Part shown: piece after piece, positions 59,634 through 64,000 of the stretch
Position numbering within the stretch: the stretch's first letter is position 1
Layout: the number at the start of each line of letters is the position of its first letter
Source: an uncultured Gammaproteobacteria bacterium
Lineage (GTDB): Bacteria > Pseudomonadota > Gammaproteobacteria > Magnimaribacterales > D2472
Assembly (NCBI GenBank): GCA_964546275.1
Contig: CAZJJG010000001.1
Location: 9,319 to 73,318 of the forward strand
DNA length: 64,000 bases
Reading direction: 5' to 3'
The notes under the pieces: model-generated
The model's input: only the letters and a program-made list of their open reading frames with translations
The model's database searches: none
What the model was told of the DNA's origin: nothing
Made by a program: the position numbers and the translations under genes

Positions 59634-59699
59634 TATTTCCCCTATTGAAAATTAAATTTTATCATCAAATAAACTATTGTCATAACAACTGTCAATTTT

Positions 59700-61382
59700 T
59701 TAAATTGACCAGTCAGCTTTAATTAAGTCTGATGCTTTTTCTCCAATCATTATTGTTGGAGCATTTGTATTACCACCTACTAGCGTTGGCATTATTGATG
59801 CATCAACAACTCGAAGATTAGTAACATTATGAACTTTTAGTTCATTAGAAACGACACTCATATCGTCACTTCCCATTTTACAAGTACCTACTGGATGGTA
59901 AACAGTATCAGCTTCTTCGCGAATAGCTTGCTCTATATCAGCATCATCATTAATATTAATTGGTCTTTGAGTATCTTCTTGAATATATTTACTAAAAGGT
60001 TCTGTATTTAGTACTTTCATCATAATCTTATAACCATCGATCATATCTCTCATATCATCAGGATGACTTAAGAACTTTGGATCTATAAGCGGATCAGCAA
60101 AAGGATCGGCAGATTCTAAAGTTACTTCACCTCGTGATTTAGGGCGTAATAAGCATGAATGGCAACTCATACCCGTACCCCAGGCACTTTTTCTTCCATG
60201 ATCAATAACCATAGCTGGAGCGTAATGAAATTGAATGTTTGGAGCTTCTAAGTCATCTTTGGTCTTAATAAATGCTCCAGCCTCTGCAATAGTTGAGGTG
60301 AATACCCCTGTTTTCATAAAAACATACTTAATAATTTCAAGAGGGAATTTAAAGAAGATAGTTTTTAAATTAAAACCTATTAAATTAATAGAGTTGTATT
60401 TGTGAACTGTAAGATAATCAATGTGATCCTGGAGATTCTTTCCTACGCCAGGTAAATCTACCAGATGATCTATGCCATGTTTGGTGATTTCATTAGCCGG
60501 CCCAATTCCAGATCTTAAGAGTATTTGCGGTGAGCCAAATGCTCCTGATGAAAGAATTACTTCTTTTGAGGCATGAAAAGTGAACGTATTATTATCAGCA
60601 TCTATACACTCAACACCTTTTGCAGAGTTTTCTTCAATTAGAATCTTATTAACATGAGTATCTGTAAGAACAGTTAGGTTATCTCGCTCTAATGCAGGAA
60701 CAAGATAGGCTTTAGCTGCACTGCATCTTTTTCCATTTATTTGTGTAGTTTGGTAATAACCAAATCCCTCTTGATCCTCTCCATTAAAATCATCATTATA
60801 ATTATATAAAGCTGAACCAGCTTCAACGAAAGATTCACATGATTCGGGTTGATGTCGAATTTTACTAACATTTAAAGGGCCATTTTGGCCATGATATTCA
60901 TTATTATGTTCTTCGTTGTGTTCTGCCTTGATAAAGTAAGGTAGAACCTCATCATATGACCAGCCATCATTTCCAATTTCAGACCAATGATCATAATCCC
61001 AACGATGTCCTCTTACATAGAGCATTGCGTTGATAGAACTTGAACCGCCAAGTGTTTTACCTCTAGGCTGATAACCCTTTCTGTGCTCAAGGGTCTCATT
61101 AGACATTTTATGAACTCCGCCAGCTGAATCAACAGCTACCGAAGCAGGCTCCGTAACAGTTACTTTTTCAAATTCTTTTTGAGGGACTGTATCGTATGCC
61201 CAACTATATTTACTTTTATCACCTAGAAATGCAAAACCAAGTGGTACATGTAATCTAGGATCACTATCCTTAGATCCTGCTTCTATTAGACATACTGAAA
61301 CATCTGGATTGGCACTTAGCCTATTTGCTAGTACACAACCTGCAGAGCCAGCTCCTAAAATTATAAAATCAAAATTTTTCAT
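59700..61382 (-). CDS. GMC-family FAD oxidoreductase (choline/alcohol dehydrogenase, AlkJ/BetA-like)
   Basis: 'FDFIILGAGSAGCVLANRLS', 'GKTLGGSSSINAMLY', 'HPVGTCKMG' and 'LRVVDASIMP...GNTNAP'. Confidence 0.85.
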   Translation of the reverse strand: MKNFDFIILGAGSAGCVLANRLSANPDVSVCLIEAGSKDSDPRLHVPLGFAFLGDKSKYSWAYDTVPQKEFEKVTVTEPASVAVDSAGGVHKMSNETLEHRKGYQPRGKTLGGSSSINAMLYVRGHRWDYDHWSEIGNDGWSYDEVLPYFIKAEHNEEHNNEYHGQNGPLNVSKIRHQPESCESFVEAGSALYNYNDDFNGEDQEGFGYYQTTQINGKRCSAAKAYLVPALERDNLTVLTDTHVNKILIEENSAKGVECIDADNNTFTFHASKEVILSSGAFGSPQILLRSGIGPANEITKHGIDHLVDLPGVGKNLQDHIDYLTVHKYNSINLIGFNLKTIFFKFPLEIIKYVFMKTGVFTSTIAEAGAFIKTKDDLEAPNIQFHYAPAMVIDHGRKSAWGTGMSCHSCLLRPKSRGEVTLESADPFADPLIDPKFLSHPDDMRDMIDGYKIMMKVLNTEPFSKYIQEDTQRPININDDADIEQAIREEADTVYHPVGTCKMGSDDMSVVSNELKVHNVTNLRVVDASIMPTLVGGNTNAPTIMIGEKASDLIKADWSI

Positions 61383-61587
61383 CTAATCCCCCTAAAGAAT
61401 AGTACTACTATATTATTTGATTCTGCATATTTTATCTATATTGATATTTAAGTGTATTTAATTTGTTTAAATATGACATGAATTTAAAAGGATTGAAGAA
61501 AGACAATATTCCGGCATATATAATTAATGCATGACTAGTTATACTATGTGTTCTTTTTATTAGAAATTTTTTTATTCATTTATATAT

Positions 61588-61701
61588 ATGAAAGATTTTA
61601 TAGAACATTTATGGTCAACAAAGATTCTTGGTATTCCTTTAATACTTCATTTAACAATCCCGCCTCTTGTGGGCTATCTAATTGTTAAGGCATTTGCTTG
61701 A
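61588..61701 (+). CDS. Candidate 37-aa hydrophobic micro-protein (MKDFIEHLWSTKILGIPLILHLTIPPLVGYLIVKAFA)
   Basis: ATG-to-TGA frame found by hand in a 543-nt 'intergenic' spacer. The stop overlaps the next ATG (tgATG). Confidence 0.25.
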   Translation: MKDFIEHLWSTKILGIPLILHLTIPPLVGYLIVKAFA

Positions 61702-61802
61702 TGGAAGATAAAAAAGAAGATTCTGTTGGCATAATGAAGCTTGTAGGAATTTTATTTCTTAGCGTATTGTTTGGAATGTTTTTTGTTTTGGTTTTTGCTT
61801 AA
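61701..61802 (+). CDS. Candidate 33-aa single-TM micro-protein (MEDKKEDSVGIMKLVGILFLSVLFGMFFVLVFA)
   Basis: An acidic N-terminus followed by one TM-length hydrophobic stretch. Its start overlaps the upstream stop by 1 nt. Confidence 0.25.
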   Translation: MEDKKEDSVGIMKLVGILFLSVLFGMFFVLVFA

Positions 61803-61808
61803 ATTTTC

Positions 61809-61913
61809 ATGAAAAAAAGATTTAACACACTGATAAAAATATTTAAGATACTAATGGTTTTAGCTTTTGTTTTAACGGCTTACAGAATTGGCATGGCTAT
61901 ATCTGTGTATTAG
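61809..61913 (+). CDS. Candidate 34-aa single-TM micro-protein (MKKRFNTLIKIFKILMVLAFVLTAYRIGMAISVY)
   Basis: A basic N-terminus followed by one hydrophobic stretch. It starts 6 nt after the previous stop and ends 12 nt before tRNA-Arg(UCG). Confidence 0.25.
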   Translation: MKKRFNTLIKIFKILMVLAFVLTAYRIGMAISVY

Positions 61914-61925
61914 GTTTTTAATCAT

Positions 61926-62002
61926 GCGCCTGTAGCTCAGTTGGATAGAGTACTTGGCTTCGAACCAAGGGGTCGGGAGTTCGAATCTTCCCGGGCGCGC
62001 CA
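61926..62002 (+). tRNA. tRNA-Arg (anticodon UCG)
   Basis: 77 nt and 72/77 identical to the tRNA at 43490..43566. Anticodon loop CT-TCG-AA. The other four changes are a D-loop substitution and three stem changes that swap Watson-Crick pairs and G-U wobbles, so every stem position stays paired. Encoded CCA. Confidence 0.85.
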
Positions 62003-62003
62003 A

Positions 62004-63449
62004 TTATTTAGAATTATAAAAACGAATAGTTGAATCTTTAATTGAAAAGATTCGTACGTAAAAAATATCAATTAAATAATTTTGATAGTTTCTCCATGGA
62101 GATTTGTTGCCCTGCTTAGGCAGTCTATCTAACGCTCTTTGAACATAACCAGAAGTAAAATCAATATATTCATCATCACTTACTGCTGTAGGGTCTTCTT
62201 GAGGCATACAGGTTGTTACTTTTTGTTTATCCATCTGATTGAGTAATCTGCAAACATACTCACAAGTTAAGTCAGCTCTAAGAGTCCAAGATGCGTTTAC
62301 GTAACCAAAAGAAAAAGCTAAATTAGGTACTCCTCCTAACATCATCCCTTTATAGGATAATCTGTTATGAGGCTCAATGTCTCTCCCGTCAATACATACT
62401 TTTATATCATTAAGTACATTTAGTTCAATTCCTGTTGCTGAGATAATTATGTCAGCCTTTAATTCAGTACCTGATTTTAATAAAATGCCTTCATTAGTAA
62501 ATTTTTCAATATGATCAGTTACAACAGTTGCTGATTTGTCCTTAAGCGCATTAAATAGATCACCATCTGGAACAAGACACATTCTTTGATCCCAAGGCTT
62601 ATAGCTTGGGGTGAAATGTTTTTCAACATCATACTCCTCTCCCAGCTCCTCTTTAACCATTTCAATAACTCTTGTTTTAGTTCTTTCAGGATATTTTCTA
62701 GACATGAAAAAGAAAAAACTAGTAAGAAGAATATTTTTCCATCGTGTTAAAAAGTAGGCTAACTTTGCAGGAAGTACTTTTTTTAATCGGGTATTTATTA
62801 CATCTTCTTCAGGTCTAGATAAGATATAGCTTGGAGATCTTTGAAGCATATGGACATGCTTAGCGCGTTTAGCTAGTGCTGGCACTAAAGTTACAGCAGT
62901 AGCTCCGCTACCTATTACGATAATATTTTTATTATCATAATTCAAAGACTCATCCCAAAATTGTGGATGTATCACTGTGCCATTAAAGTCTTCTTGATTA
63001 GGAAAATTAGGCTGAAACGGTTTGTCATAACTGTAATAACCTCCACACATAAATAGGAAATTACAGGTAAATTTAAGCTCTTGATTATTACTTAATACAT
63101 CTAGCTCCCAGTAGGACTTATCCGATATCCAATTAGCTGCAATAATCTTATGATTAAATAATATTTTTTCTCTTATATTAAATTCATCAACAGTCTCATT
63201 AAGATAATTCATGATTGAGGTGCCGTCAGCAATCGTTTTTTTATTAATCCAAGGTTTAAATCTAAAACCTAGGGTGTGCATGTCAGAATCAGATCTTATT
63301 CCTGGGTATTTAAAAAGATCCCATGTACCGCCAATATTATCTCTTCCCTCTAGAATAGAAAAAGATCTAGATTTACAGCTCTTTTGAAGATTGTAAGCTG
63401 CACCTATTCCTGATATTCCAGCTCCTACTACTATTACATCTTTATGCAT
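62004..63449 (-). CDS. Flavin-binding Baeyer-Villiger-type monooxygenase (AlmA/EthA-like)
   Basis: 'VVGAGISGIGAAY', 'GGTWDLFKYPGIRSDSD', BVMO fingerprint 'FNGTVIHPQFW' (FxGxxxHxxxW) and a second Rossmann 'VIGSGATAVTLVP'. The overall layout parallels AlmA as I recall it. Confidence 0.8.
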   Translation of the reverse strand: MHKDVIVVGAGISGIGAAYNLQKSCKSRSFSILEGRDNIGGTWDLFKYPGIRSDSDMHTLGFRFKPWINKKTIADGTSIMNYLNETVDEFNIREKILFNHKIIAANWISDKSYWELDVLSNNQELKFTCNFLFMCGGYYSYDKPFQPNFPNQEDFNGTVIHPQFWDESLNYDNKNIIVIGSGATAVTLVPALAKRAKHVHMLQRSPSYILSRPEEDVINTRLKKVLPAKLAYFLTRWKNILLTSFFFFMSRKYPERTKTRVIEMVKEELGEEYDVEKHFTPSYKPWDQRMCLVPDGDLFNALKDKSATVVTDHIEKFTNEGILLKSGTELKADIIISATGIELNVLNDIKVCIDGRDIEPHNRLSYKGMMLGGVPNLAFSFGYVNASWTLRADLTCEYVCRLLNQMDKQKVTTCMPQEDPTAVSDDEYIDFTSGYVQRALDRLPKQGNKSPWRNYQNYLIDIFYVRIFSIKDSTIRFYNSK

Positions 63450-63542
63450 AAAATTTATAAATTATAATTTTTTAAAATATGATTATTGTCTTTATTATAA
63501 CTACTGACATAATATATGTAATTAGCTAATTAGGGGTAGTTG

Positions 63543-64000
63543 ATGAAATATTTAGTGTTAGGTTTAGTAATTATTTTAGTTACATATTTATTTATTAATT
63601 CATTTAATGAAAAAATTGAATACACAGAAGAAGTTAATATCAATCAAGGGTCTCTTGCTGGATATGCTAAAGATGAAACTAATTTCTATTTAGGCATACC
63701 TTACGCTCAAGCTCCTGTAGGAGATCTTCGCTGGAAACCTCCTTTAAAACACAAGGGCTGGAAAGAGAAATTATTAGCAGTTGATCTTCCTAAGTCATGC
63801 ACGCAACCAACTGGGTTCGGTCTTGGTCCATTTATTGGTCTTTGGATTGATGGATCCGGAATGAGTTGGTTTAGTAGAAAGTTGATATATTTTGGTTCAG
63901 GTCTTCTTCCATTTCTTGACGGAGGTGAGGATGGTCAATCTGAAGACTGCCTCTATCTAAATATTATGACTCCCAAGCAGAAAGAAGAAAAGCTTCCAGT
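63543..64000 (+). CDS. Type-B carboxylesterase/lipase, 3'-partial (runs off the window)
   Basis: Hand translation: signal/TM 'MKYLVLGLVIILVTYLFI', 'GSLAGYAKDETNFYLGIPYAQAPVGDLRWKPP' and 'SEDCLYLNI' (carboxylesterase type-B signature 2 region). Confidence 0.75.
   Translation, partial: MKYLVLGLVIILVTYLFINSFNEKIEYTEEVNINQGSLAGYAKDETNFYLGIPYAQAPVGDLRWKPPLKHKGWKEKLLAVDLPKSCTQPTGFGLGPFIGLWIDGSGMSWFSRKLIYFGSGLLPFLDGGEDGQSEDCLYLNIMTPKQKEEKLP

Noticed and set aside
37523-59722. Further short track ORFs: 37523-37711, 38224-38406, 40325-40585, 41214-41435, 43599-43808, 43905-44108, 44944-45186, 50176-50418, 59450-59722
   Set aside because: The reasoning is the same: they overlap confidently assigned genes (rnt, ferritin-like, M20, CofE-like, the 137-aa membrane protein, ABC-F, M28, DUF3604) and look like compositional shadow frames.
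61463-61519. 18-codon ORF (MNLKGLKKDNIPAYIINA) upstream of the three micro-ORFs
   Set aside because: It is too short and hydrophilic, has no SD and no coupling to neighbouring frames, and is indistinguishable from chance.
43567-61925. The tRNA-Arg-bracketed 18.4-kb block as a genomic island or integrative element
   Set aside because: There is no integrase, transposase, phage or conjugation gene. The second copy is a complete functional-looking tRNA, not a partial tRNA (attL/attR-type) repeat. The block contains housekeeping-type genes (rhlE, ABC-F). I could not see an obvious compositional break by eye.

Overview
This is a visibly AT-rich window (roughly one-third G+C by eye, not computed) of very tightly packed bacterial chromosome. 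Gene content and local order look gammaproteobacterial: divergent rluC/rne, rpmF-fabD-fabG-acpP-fabF-mltG-tmk-holB, and divergent apbC(mrp)/metG. Together with the compaction, this suggests a streamlined marine lineage (SAR86-like is a guess, not a result). I can support about 60 protein genes, 2 tRNA-Arg genes, 2 intrinsic terminators and a few candidate regulatory sites. I found no rRNA, CRISPR array, transposase, integrase, phage genes or recognisable defence system. Main blocks: (i) a his operon hisG-hisD::hisB(IGPD)-hisH-hisA-hisF-hisIE, headed by a translationally coupled TrpR/YerC-family gene; (ii) a reduced fatty-acid synthesis and cell-envelope cluster; (iii) rne, nudC, nhaB, dusA, mlaA, apbC, metG, a TrxR-type FNR, a soluble RnfB-like ferredoxin and rnt; (iv) a Fur-box-preceded ferritin-like gene, grxD, pdxJ, an M20 amidohydrolase, a CofE-like ligase and a GPH transporter; (v) an 18.4 kb stretch bracketed by two near-identical tRNA-Arg genes with different anticodons (ACG and UCG). 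That stretch carries rhlE, an ABC-F ATPase, M28 and M16 peptidases, a CYP153-like P450, a DUF3604/PPIase-like/HupE-like operon and an AlkJ-like GMC oxidoreductase. It is followed by an AlmA/EthA-like Baeyer-Villiger monooxygenase divergent from a carboxylesterase. The best candidates for undescribed biology are: the DUF3604-PPIase-HupE module; three abutting micro-ORFs (33-37 codons) hidden in the 'empty' spacer before tRNA-Arg(UCG); the HisD-IGPD fusion with a YerC-like putative his regulator; the anticodon-shifted tRNA-Arg pair; and a metG whose conserved N-terminus lies upstream of any canonical start codon. All family assignments come from motif recognition by eye. No database search was run.
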